Below are positions 29,601 to 41,600 of a DNA stretch of 64,000 nucleotides, piece by piece. Origin of the DNA: Nemertoderma westbladi (Eukaryota; Animalia; Xenacoelomorpha); assembly GCA_032718475.1 (NCBI GenBank), contig JAUCBJ010004543.1, positions 69,274 to 133,273 on the forward strand, given 5' to 3'. The notes under the pieces were generated by a model that was not told where the DNA came from, did not search any database, and saw only the letters and a program-made list of their open reading frames with translations. The position numbers and the translations under genes are program-made. Position 1 is the stretch's first letter; each line of letters opens with the position of its first letter.

Positions 29601-32600
29601 ATTAATTGTTAGCGCCCCAACTGGCGGTCTCCCTCAAACAGCTGAAGAACAACTGAATAGTCACGAGGTTGGTTCATAAATGTTAATAAATATCTTTGTT
29701 CAACACTCCAGAACAATTTCCCATTTGCGTGCGAACAATCAGCTGAAACATTCAATGTATGTTTATATATTTGAGGAACGAATTAATTATGAAATCTATT
29801 TAATGAATGTCTCATCTAGGTTCTGGAGTACGAGATGACCGAGAAATATTCCGAGTTCCAGCAGTTGGAAGAAACAACAAAGAATTTGTTGTTGAAATGC
29901 ACTGATGAGTCAGGGGAAATAATTAAAAGGAGTTTAAACTTATTAGACAAGTTAGTTTAATAAGCGTATTTATTTATACCGCATCTGACTGACACTAGCG
30001 GTAGATTAATGGCTGTGATACCGAGTATGTCCTGCATTAACCTGCTTTTGCTGTTGGAGTAAAGCAGATTGGGCAGTTTATTTTTAAATTTTGGGAGGAA
30101 GTGTGGTGGAATCCCTTCTTTACAGGTATCTGCCAAGAGAGAGGATACCTTCGGTTGCCCCCGAGGTTGTTGTGTTTCTCGTTTACCGACAACTTATTTC
30201 ATTATCGCACTATTTCTTACATATTTCAGTAGATGCACAATATCATTGCCGTATTGAATTTGTTACGAATATCAAGAATTAATTTAATATAAGTGCCGTT
30301 CTTACTATTCTCAGGAAATGGTCCGAAACTATAAAACGAACTGAAATTCGAAAAGATAAATTATCTTCGGCCCTGGACGTTTCTAGAACATTCCATGATT
30401 TGGTGCAAAAAGTGAACATGTGGTTGGCTGACAGAGAAAACCTTCTAATCAAATCCAGTCCGGTTTCCATCGTCAAGGATACAGTCTGTTTGCAGATACG
30501 AGATCACAGAGTGGGTATAATATTAGCAATCTAATATCGCAGTAGGTGACAGATTAAGTAAACTATTTGATTAATATTCGTAAATTACTTACCCAGTTGT
30601 GTTCTTTTAATTTAATTGTTTCACGTTTCTTAGGATTTTGCTAATGATGTGGAGTTGAATCGCAGCAATATGACGGAACTAGATACGGTTGCTACGCAAC
30701 TAAAGTACCAATCGGATAAACAAGACGTTGTCATTGTGAAGAATCTGGTGCACAGCGTTGCGACCAAGTGGGAGAGGTTGATGGTGAAGACGAGAGAACG
30801 AGCGCGAAGGTTGGACGATGGGTATAAGAAAGCAACCCAGGTGAGTTCTACCGGGGGTATAGGAGTGAGTTAAACTTGGGTTGGAGTGTTCCATAAGGGG
30901 TTTCAGGCATTTACAGTCTACAAGGGTTCTATGGATACCAAGGTCTGCGGACTCGTATTACATGTAACATACAAACATTACATGTGTACGTGTTTACATG
31001 TATTGTGATTATAATAATATCTTCTTTAGTTTCAAGGTCAGTACGATAAGATCTACTATTGGCTTGAACAAGCGGAGAAGGTATTCAATGAGGAATGTCT
31101 TACTGTACCTGGTGACCCTGGTAGACTACGTCAGTTGCTAGGGCAACACAGAGAATTCCAGAGAGTCCTCAACTCGAAACAGGTGAGTGAAACAACACGT
31201 AATTGGTATTTTATAATGATTTGGGTTTGAAAAAGTGTATTTATTACTGAAAGGGACATGTGAATTACAAATAATAAATTAATTCAGACCCCTGGGCCCA
31301 TATATGGGTCAGCAAATTCTAGAGGGTATTGTGCACCAACAATGTTATACTTCGTAACATATTTGTTTTTAAAATTTAAAGGGACCTTTAATCATCCAAA
31401 AAAACACTTTACCTCTGTGCAAGGGGTGGTTACACCGTTGGTAGCAGCCGAATTATGCGGAGAGATTTCCGATTTTTAGATGGTTGTAATAAATCACCGA
31501 TTGTCATTGTGACATCAGGAGTAAAATAGTTGAAAAAAATATAGCCAGCCGCTAACATGTCCCCTTTATGTATTCTTACCAATAAAAAACATTGGTGTCC
31601 CTGTGGATTTATATGATGAATGTGTTTATATGTTGCCCACATATGGGCCCCTGGGCTCCAAGGGGGTATGGAGGATAGTTGAATAACCAGAATATGTACA
31701 ATTCAATTTGTACCTACCAATGCAGTATTTCGAAGATTGTTTCAGTTAGTGCTCTTTACATGCAGTTTAGCTGTATAGTAGGTAAGGTACTAACTGTCTG
31801 TTTCGCAGTAGGCTACTTTACAATGCTATAGTACAGCCCAGTAAAAAATCCGCATTCGTAACGCATGGGATGGCGCATATCTCACGCATTCGTAACGCAT
31901 TCTGAAATGTTACATAGATGAACCATGCGATACGAATGCGAAAACCGAACCAAATACGCATCCTTTATTCGCATATCGAATGTTATACGAACCTTATTCG
32001 AATCCCGCACATTCTACGAATGCGTCCCTAATCTTATACGAATGTTTCCCGCACACGATACGAATGCGTCCCGCATGTTATATACGAATGTTTCCCATGC
32101 TATACGAATACGTTACGAATGTTTTACGAGTGTTATACGAATGTTTACCGCAGGATTTTTATTTTTTTATTATTTCGCTACAGTTTACATAGTTTTAACA
32201 GTTTACAACTGATAAAACGTGTCCATTTTATTTTATTTTTTTAAATATACTTGATATTCCGAATCGAATATGAAAGCCATTTTCAATTTCCCCAAAAAAA
32301 TGTTCAGATATAATTCAAGAGCACGCAATTTCAGACGTGAATCGTTATAGTTATTATTATACTTATTAATTATTATTGATGGTTTATTATTTTTTATGAT
32401 ATTTTATTATGATATTATTTTATTATTATATTATATTATTTTATTATTATATATATTTTCATTATTATTATATATATATTTTATTACTTATTATCGAAAA
32501 AAAGCGAATTAATATTCTAGAATATAGTAAAAAAAACATTGAAATTATGTTGATGCATCTCATAAAATGTATGCCTTTGATGTATTTTGTCTGTAAGATT

Positions 32601-35600
32601 TTTTTACCATTAATAAGTGTAGAGCTTACTGTAGCAGTAACCGGTAATTAACTGCTACAGTATATCAGTAGACGTTTTAATGGCTTTTTATAGCGAATTA
32701 AACGAGGCCTAAGAAACTGTGTGAGAATATCACCATACACACGTACAATTTAATAAAAATGCCACATGCTTTATAATAATGTATTGGTACTGTACTGTAG
32801 GCCAGGTGAGATAAATATTGACAACATAAAACTACTGTAATAACTTTGGGAAATGAGTACTACTGTACAGGGGCTAAAACTACGGGTGGGGGGGGGGGGG
32901 GGGTGCCTAGTGCCTACATACTATAAGTATGCCTACATACTGTAGTTCGTTAAGTTAATACAGTAGTTTTATGTTGTCATTATTTATCTCACCTACCCTA
33001 CAGTACATAACCTTTACATTATTACAGTATATCAAGCATGTTGGTAAAGGGAACAGGTTTACATACCAAAATAATGGGGAACCAAAATAATAAGTGGGAG
33101 TTGAGAATTACTGGGCAACCCATTAAATAAATATATAGTAAAAGTACATAGGACTGGCTGACTGTTAACAAAGGGGGAGAGCTACTAAAACTAATAACAC
33201 TACTGTATGTTCGATTATTTGCCGAATGGTGATTGGTCAGTATTACAGTCTGTACGGTACTCTAATTGAGAGTGCTTTGCATGCGTATCGCATGCGTCAC
33301 GAATGGACCACGAATAATTTTAAGCGTGGCGTGGCTAAGCATTCGTATCGCATGTGGTACGAACGAATGAACCACGAATTATTTTTGTGTGGAGTGGAAG
33401 CATTCGTATCGCATGTGCCACGAATGATGAGCCACGAATATATTTACAAGTGAAATCTCACATGCGATACGAATACTATACGCATTCGTTAAATTATTCG
33501 GACTGACGAACCATTGACGAAGGCTTCACGAATCTTAAATAACATTGCACGCACCTTTTACGAATGCTGCATGTGGTACGAATGCGTTACGCATGGGGAT
33601 TTTTTACTGGGAGTAGTATAGTTTCATTTCTGGTTATTAGAATTTGTACAGTCAGACATGGCTAGCAATTTGTACTTACCTGCCTACTAATTCAGTATTT
33701 CGAAGATTGTTTCAGTTAGTGCTCTTTACATGCAGTTTAGCTGTATAGTAGGTAAGGTACTAACTGTCTGTTTCGCAGTAGGCTACTTTACAATGCCTTA
33801 TATAGTACAGTAGTATAGTTTCATTTCTGGTTATTAGAATTTGTACAGTCAGACATGGCTAGCAATTTGTACTTACCTGCCTACTAATTCAGTATTTCGA
33901 AGATTGTTTCAGTTAGTGCTCTTTATATGCCGTTTAGCTGTATAGTACGTAAGGTACAACTGTCTGTCTGGCAGTACTTTACAATGCCTATGGATGGCGA
34001 CGTAATCCATCGCCAAACCCGCAGAGGTGTGAGTGAAATTCAATTAGTTGTTTTGCCAGATGCAGATGTGTCAGACCCAGATAATTGCTCGGACGATGGT
34101 GAAGATTTTCCCGGATTCGTTGAGAGTAGTAGTGATTCTGATAGTAGCTTAGGCGAGGAGGAGTTTCATGGCTTTGATATCCCGGTTGTAGTAGGAATGG
34201 AAGCGACTCCACAAAAGCAACCTGCAAAACCTTGTAAAAGTAGTACCGGTACTGGTAGTTCCAAGTATGGGTCCTTCAAATGGCGGAAGGAGAAGAAAAA
34301 TAAAATGGGGGTCCTCAAACCGCTGGTTCCATGTGTACCACAATGGAAGGGCGCATTAGGAGATAAACCAGATAAAGTAGATGAACCGATAGATTATTTT
34401 AAACTCTACTTTACTGAAGAGATGATTAACTTGATTTCGGTAGAATCGAATTTGTTTGCTGTCCAGTCTTTGTCGAAGTTCAGAACTTCTGATGAAGAAA
34501 TGATGAAGAACGAAGATGATGAAGAACGTGGCCGTGGTTCATGTGATTCGAAGGTTGATGCCAATAGTGGGTTGGCTATAGTGCGCTGGGTGGACAACAG
34601 GGTTGTACAACTTGCTTCTACGCATGTCTCTATTGCTCCAGTTGGACAGGTCAAGAGATGGTGCAAGAAGGAACGAAAGAAGATATTAGTAGACCAACCC
34701 GCCATTGTTGCAGAGTACAATAAAGCAATGGGTGGAACTGACTTATTCGATATGTTGAGATCACTATACACATGCAACCATCGCTGTGATAAGTGGTACA
34801 GGAGAGTCTTTCTATGGGTACTGAATGTCGCTGTTGTAAATTCTTGGCTTCACTATAGGCGATCTTGTAATCAACTTGGCATCGCAGTTAAAAAGAGATA
34901 CGATCTCCTCAGATTCACTGCTTCTGTGGCCTCTAGTTTGATCTTATGTGATAAGGCACCACCGAGTCTATCTAGGAAAAGGGGGCGGCCTGGCACTGCT
35001 ACCCCACCTGTCTCAATTGACAGTCCAGCGCGCTCGCTCGGCTCGATTCCCAGTACCCCTGTTTCGTCTTCAAGCCCTGATCCAGCTTCAGCACGTTCTC
35101 GGTTCCACAATCCGTCGCTAAGGGAGCCTTCCATGAATATTCGAAAGGATGTTATTGCGCATTTTCCCACAATGGTAGATGTGAAATGTCGGTTGCGGTG
35201 TCGTCAATGTAAATTGAAGACTCAGGTGAAGTGCATGAAGTGCCTAGTGTTCTTGTGTATTCGCCCTGATCGGAACTGTTTTGTTGAATATCATTGTTGA
35301 ATATATGATATGACTTATGAATGAATTTGAATATTTTTCGTGGAAGTTGGACTATCTCTACACGTATTCCACTTCGTATTCCACTTATCCCCTTCACTGA
35401 ATATCCTGCTGGAACTGAGGTTCTTGGCTATCTTCCCCGGACTTCATGTTTCTAAAAATCATTTTCATATTACTACAGTTGATTAGTTATATTGTTCTTT
35501 AGTGATTTTTTTTATATTGGAGCAGTCAATATAAATATGCCAATTGAGTGTTGAAAAAATATATAATTTTGAGTAATTTTGTTATGTTATTTTTACACAA

Positions 35601-38600
35601 TCAATAACTTACCGAGATGCACAACACTGGCAGACTATCAGCACAACTGTGCATCGTAGTATACTGTGCCTGCAGGTCCACACAATTGATCAGCAACAAA
35701 ATTCAACTTGGACTTGAAAATGGGTTAAATAAAATTTTAAATTTATTAAATAAACTTATAATTTATTATTATAACAATTTAAATTTTAATCAGAAAAAAA
35801 AACACAAAATATATACCAGAAAATATAGGTAATTCTAAATTGGTAAAAAATGACTTTGCAATATTCTCTTACACCCTTTGAAACCCGGGGGCCCATATAT
35901 GACCCATGCTGGCAAAGGAAGAGAGTGTTTCGAAAAATTTTTTTTTTTAGCAAATTGTGTTATTGGGACCTAAAATGACCTGTTAAAACACAAAAATAAT
36001 TTTTACCATGATGGGAACATAATTCGGGTCTGAAAGGATGTTATTTTTATTCTAAATTTGATTATTGATATCATTGATGATATTATTTACACTTCTAAGC
36101 CAAAATCTATATAATTAGCCTTTTTTATTATAATATAATTGAATGCTTATGTCCACAGAGGTAGAATGTATTTATTGTTTCTATAAAATTTTCAAATATA
36201 ATTACAAACTCCAAGCCGTAATGTAGCAGTTTATGTTTACAGTTTTCTTCTCGTGACGTTTGCATACATTAATTCATACATTATTGCGCTTATGCGAATA
36301 GATTATTGTCTCTCCCTCCCTCAGGTCGCGGTGGACAGCGTTCTCAAATCAGGCCGACAACTCGCGAGTAGAAGTTCTCATCCGAACGACGAATCAGATG
36401 TGGAGACAATGCGAGTAGAGTTGGTCCGCGTCTGGGATTCCACTTGCAGACTGGCGGCCGAGTGGCAACAGAAACTAGAGGATGGCCTGCTATTGGCTGG
36501 CCAACTCAAGGAGACCATCTACGTGCTCTCCAATTGGCTGGCGGAGATTGAACCTGGCCTATCGGAGGGCGCCCCTGTCCATGGTGACGTGGATACAGTG
36601 AAGTCATTAATTGAAGGTCACAAGGTAATTAGTTAAAGTATTAATTTGGTTGTTTTTCCGGTTGTACTCCCTCGTCGTACAGACATAAAAACATTTCGTA
36701 ACCTTTTGGGTCCCCATAATTAAACAGTTTGATCTGTTGTTTTAAGATTTACTGTTATATATCAATTTGTTAACCAATAAGTAATAGAGGTAATATTTGA
36801 CCCATCATATTGATGGACCTTAGATCAGGTCATGAAGCACATTATCTTTTACTTTTAAAGATACAGCACCATCTGTCGTTGTAGTTGAGAATTAAATTTT
36901 ACGGCCTTTCTTTCTAAATATAGCTTTTTTCCAACCGGAACAATAATATTTAATGAAAATTAAATTTATATTTAATTTAATTTATTATTAAATTATTTAA
37001 ATAAATTATATTATTTATATATTATTAGTTAGTAATATTATTTAAATTGATACATATAGATTAATTAATGAAACCTATGTATATTATTTTTGTATTAACT
37101 TGTTTCCTAGGCTCTGCAGCGTGACGTCACCGCTCGTCACCGTTCCCTAGATACCATAGCAAAGAACATTGATCTGTTACCCGCCGAAGAGAGTCAGCTG
37201 TTGACCCGTGAATCCGCCAATCTAGCCAGCCAATGGGAACTCGCAAACTCCCTCGCTATAAATAAAGAGCACCGACTGGAAGAGTAAGTTTAGTAGCTGT
37301 ACTGTATGTCACGTAAATGGAGTCTGGAGAATGTTAATTAGCGTTTACCATAACTTAATTAAGGCGATTAACGTGTTATTTAGCCAGTTTTAACGTTAAT
37401 TGCGTATCTCCTCCAATATAGAGCGCTCGTTCAGGCTGAGGAGTTCGATATGAAGGTACACGGACTCATTGATTGGCTAAAGGAGATGGAACAACGGCTC
37501 CGATTCCACGGCCCATTGGTTGATTCCGATTCCGATCGGATTCCGACGGCCCAGGAACTCGTCGTCGATCAGATAGAGTCTCACAAACAGTTACAGGTTG
37601 GTTGCCTAGCAATAAACGTAGATTAGGTAGGAGGTAGGATAGTAATATTGCTAGTTTCTATGGTTTTACAGTAAATAGCTGGACGCCGCTGGTACAGTTA
37701 GCTAAATAATAAACAAATACCATTTTTTATTTTGTTGTATTGTTTATTGCAGAAAGAGATTGACAACCAGGAGATTGTACTACAAGATTGCATTGCCTAT
37801 GGTGAAACCTTATTGCGAAAGAGCCACGTCAATTCGCACAGAACATTGAAAAACTGGTTAACAGTGCTATCGGGTGGGTTGAATGACAATGTACCGTGTA
37901 TATATTAGTTACTAAGAAATTACTAAGTTAATAAACAGAAACTGATTGGCGTAAGTTTGTGGTGCTGCTTCCCAGTGCAGTGTTAGACTTTCTTCACATC
38001 TTAGTTTCATAGTTCCCCCTTCGTCTCACTTTGGTACTCATCTCGTGACATTCGACCACTTAGTTTCATTATAAAGCCACTCTCTGGGACGAAACCTATA
38101 CAGCTATCAGCTAATCTTATAAGCAATGAGTGCATGTAACTAATCTGTCACGTTTGCTTTTCAGTTTGAGTTGGTTTTACAAACCTACCGCTTAGATTTT
38201 TACTTGACTCATAAATAAATATTGTGTTGCGTTGATTTGTTATAATTAGTCGAATGACTCAACGATGAGTCAATAATGAATCAACAGTTATTTAAGTATG
38301 AAAAGTTTATGTTATGGAATTCCCGTTGTATTTGTAGCGCGATGGACCGATATTGTACACCAATCACATCGCCGTAATAGACTACTCCAAGAGACTTTAC
38401 TTCAAATACAAAATAATGCCAAGCTATTGGACGATCTGTTGGCATGGTTACACGACGCGGAGGAATCACTTAGCAGCAAAGATAAAGAAGTTCTACCAGA
38501 CAATGTGGAGGAGGTACGTGTCATCTGTTGAATTAATTACAACTTTAAATATAATTATTATTATTTATTATTATTATTATTATTTAGTAGATTTAATTAA

Positions 38601-41600
38601 ATTTATAAACTCAACTCTGATGTAACTTCCGGTGTTCTCACCTAGATGGAGCAGCTGTTACGAACCCATCAGGCCTTCCAGGACGATATGACGGCCAGAC
38701 AGACCGACGTGGACGCCCTCACCAAACCGTCCCGAGCCCCGTCGCCCCAGATCCGATCCGGGGTCCGACTCCGGTCCGCTTCCCCGGCGACCGGCCCCAC
38801 CGCCATGTATCGGCCGGTGTCCGCCGGTAGTCTACCTAGCGCAGGAGGCAGACAACGTGCTGTATCTCCTGGACTCGACAGGTGAGTCATCCAATCTGTT
38901 TAGTATATCAACGCTTGTAATTTTCTACTTGAACGGGTGAATGTGAAGAATACCAGACTTTCTGCTGTTATATTTTACTGTTTTCACTGAACAAACCCAG
39001 GTTGCAGAAAGCCTTAATCTAACCAAAACAATAAACGAATTAGTTTCTTTGCGTTTAAAAATATACAAATTCTGCATATATAAGAATTCAATAAAATTTG
39101 AACCGAAAAGTGAAAAACTGGTATTATTTACATGGGCGCTGGAACGAATAATGGAAGCTGTGAAAATCGCAATTGTTCCTCTGGTTTATGTAATCTCAAT
39201 AAGCTTTCCGACGTATTAGTGACTTTTAAACAATAAATTCATTTATATTACTGAAAGAGTAATTTCGGTATTTGTTACCTTTGACTCATCTTTGCATCCC
39301 GGTTTAGATCCCGCATCCCTCGATTACGTCACGACTCCTTCGATCGACTCACCAATAACGTTTCCCGCGGCCTCTTCTCCACCCCGAGGTCATTGACCCC
39401 CAAATCTAGGGAACCCAGTCCCGGGCCGGTCGAACGCAATCTCAAGAACCCAAAGGTCAACCAGATGTTTAACTCGTGGCGGACAGTGTGGCTGCTCTCA
39501 ATCGAACGTCAACGCAGAATACAGGTAACTTTATCTCGATTTAATAAACTAACATTTTAACATTCCAGTTTATTTCCTTATTTATCCCTATCGTATTTTC
39601 TCCCTTATTTCCCCCCTCTCATCTTCCAGGAGCGTTACGACCGACTAGCCGAAGCCCAGATTCGTTCCTCATTTAACTTCGACGATTGGCGCCGGAAGTA
39701 CATTCGGTTTATGCGAAGTCGGAAGTCCCGGATTATGGATTTCTTCCGCCGACAGGACACCGACCACGATGGAAAAGTTTCTCGTACTGAGTTCATCGAA
39801 GGGATTATAAAGAGCGGTAAGTTGAAGAACACTGAATGTTGTGACGTCATTCTCCCTCTCTCTCCCCCCTTGAGGTTTGTGACTTCATCCCCATCTCTCC
39901 TCTCCCTTGTGGTTAGTAACGTCATTAGCCCTCTCTCTCTCTCTCCTTTGAGGTTTGTGACGCCATCCTCCCTCTCTCTCTCTTCCCCTTGAGGTTTGTG
40001 ACGTCATCCCCCTCTCTCCTCTCCCTTGTGGTTAGTGACGTCATTCGCCCTCTCTCTCTCTCTCCTTTGTGGTTTGTGACGTCCATCTCTCCCTCTCTCT
40101 CTCTTCCCCTTGAGGTTTGTGACGTCATCCCCCTCTCTGTCTCCCTTGTGGTTTGTGACGTCATCCCCCTTCTGTCTCCCTTGTGGTTTGTGACGTCATC
40201 CCCCTCTCTGTCTCCCTTTGGTTTGTGACGTCATCCCCCTCTCTGTCTCCCTTGTGGTTTGTGACGTCATCCCCCTCTCTGTCTCCCTTGTGGTTTGTGA
40301 CGTCATCCCCCTCTCTGTCTCCCTTGTGGTTTGTGACGTCATCCCCCTCTCTGTCTCCCTTGTGGTTTGTGACGTCATACCCATCTCTCCCCAGGTTTCC
40401 CGACGTCTCGGGCGGAGATGATGGCCGTCGCGAATATATTTGACGGCGATGGCGACGGGTTTATAGACTACCGAGAGTTCCTCGCCGCCCTGAAACCCGA
40501 TCGCGGCCGCATGGAGGCGCCGCGTACAGACGCCGAAAAGATCAGCGACGAAGTCAACCGCCAGGTGGCGCAATGCACCTGTTGCAAACGATACGACGTG
40601 GAGAAGATTAGCGACGGAAAATACCAGGTAAATTACGCGGGAAATTCAAAATATCTCGGAATCTGACTTTCTTGTTTCTATAGGGTGTTTTTTGTAGGTT
40701 GTGTACAAAACACAGACCCAAGACCCCAGACCCCCAGGTACAAAACACAGACCCCCCCAGGTACAAAACACAGACCCCCCCAGGTACAAAACACAGACCC
40801 CCCCAGGTACAAAACACAGACCCCCCCAGGTACAAAACACAGACCCCCCCAGGTACAAAACACAGACCCCCCCCCCCCCCCAGGTACAAAACACAGACCC
40901 CCCCAGGTACAACCAGACACGAGACTACCTACCGTACTACAGCGTACAGCATATGTTAGTGGTTAGTTAGTACACACACTTCAGTCAGTGCAGTAGTACT
41001 ACAGCAGTAGGCCCTACAGACCTAATAATCCTGTAATCAGGTTGACACTTTTCCGGGTCGGTACCGGGTCGGGTACTACCAGTCTGCCAGTAGCGGCAAC
41101 CGGTATATGTTTTCAGTCTTCAACCTGTCAACAGCGACGATAACCAGATAACCAGGATAAGGATTGGAACTGTGCTAGGCCTATACGCTACAGCGCTATA
41201 CAGCTAGCACTGTAGCATATAGCACGTGTGGCTAAGTCACACGAATAGTTCCCAAAAGGCACTTTGGCATTTTTTCCAGATACATAAATAATTGCAACCA
41301 GCGTAAATGCCAAAATGCCAGAGTGCTTTTTGGGAACTGTAGTATAAATCCTTAAGAGTTCCCTAAAGGCACTTTGGCATTCTGGCATTTAATTGTAAAT
41401 CATTATTAGTGATTATATTACTACATTATACAGTACGCCTAAGTGTCTGAGTGTGCATAGAATAGTTAAGCAAAGTTTAGTTCCCCATCTCGGTGGGTGT
41501 ACGATTAAATTAAATTAAAGCATACTACCTATAGTATTAGGGGGGTCTGTGTTTTTTACCTGGGGGGGTCTGTGTTTTGTACCTGGGGGGGTCTGTGTTT

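Larger units (their letters stand above)
31283..36037 (+). mobile_element. piggyBac-family DNA transposon (defective) in a spectraplakin intron
   Basis: Contains a transposase ORF. Ends TTAA-TTCAGACCC (31279-31291) and GGGTCTGAAAGG (36026-36037) are inverted. The subterminal GGGCCCATATATG motif recurs near 31294 and 35889, with a related copy near 31635. The right TTAA is not preserved, so boundaries are approximate. Confidence 0.75.

Noticed and set aside
33927-35300. Active autonomous piggyBac
   Set aside because: The catalytic core is deleted, the termini are eroded and the right TTAA is missing.
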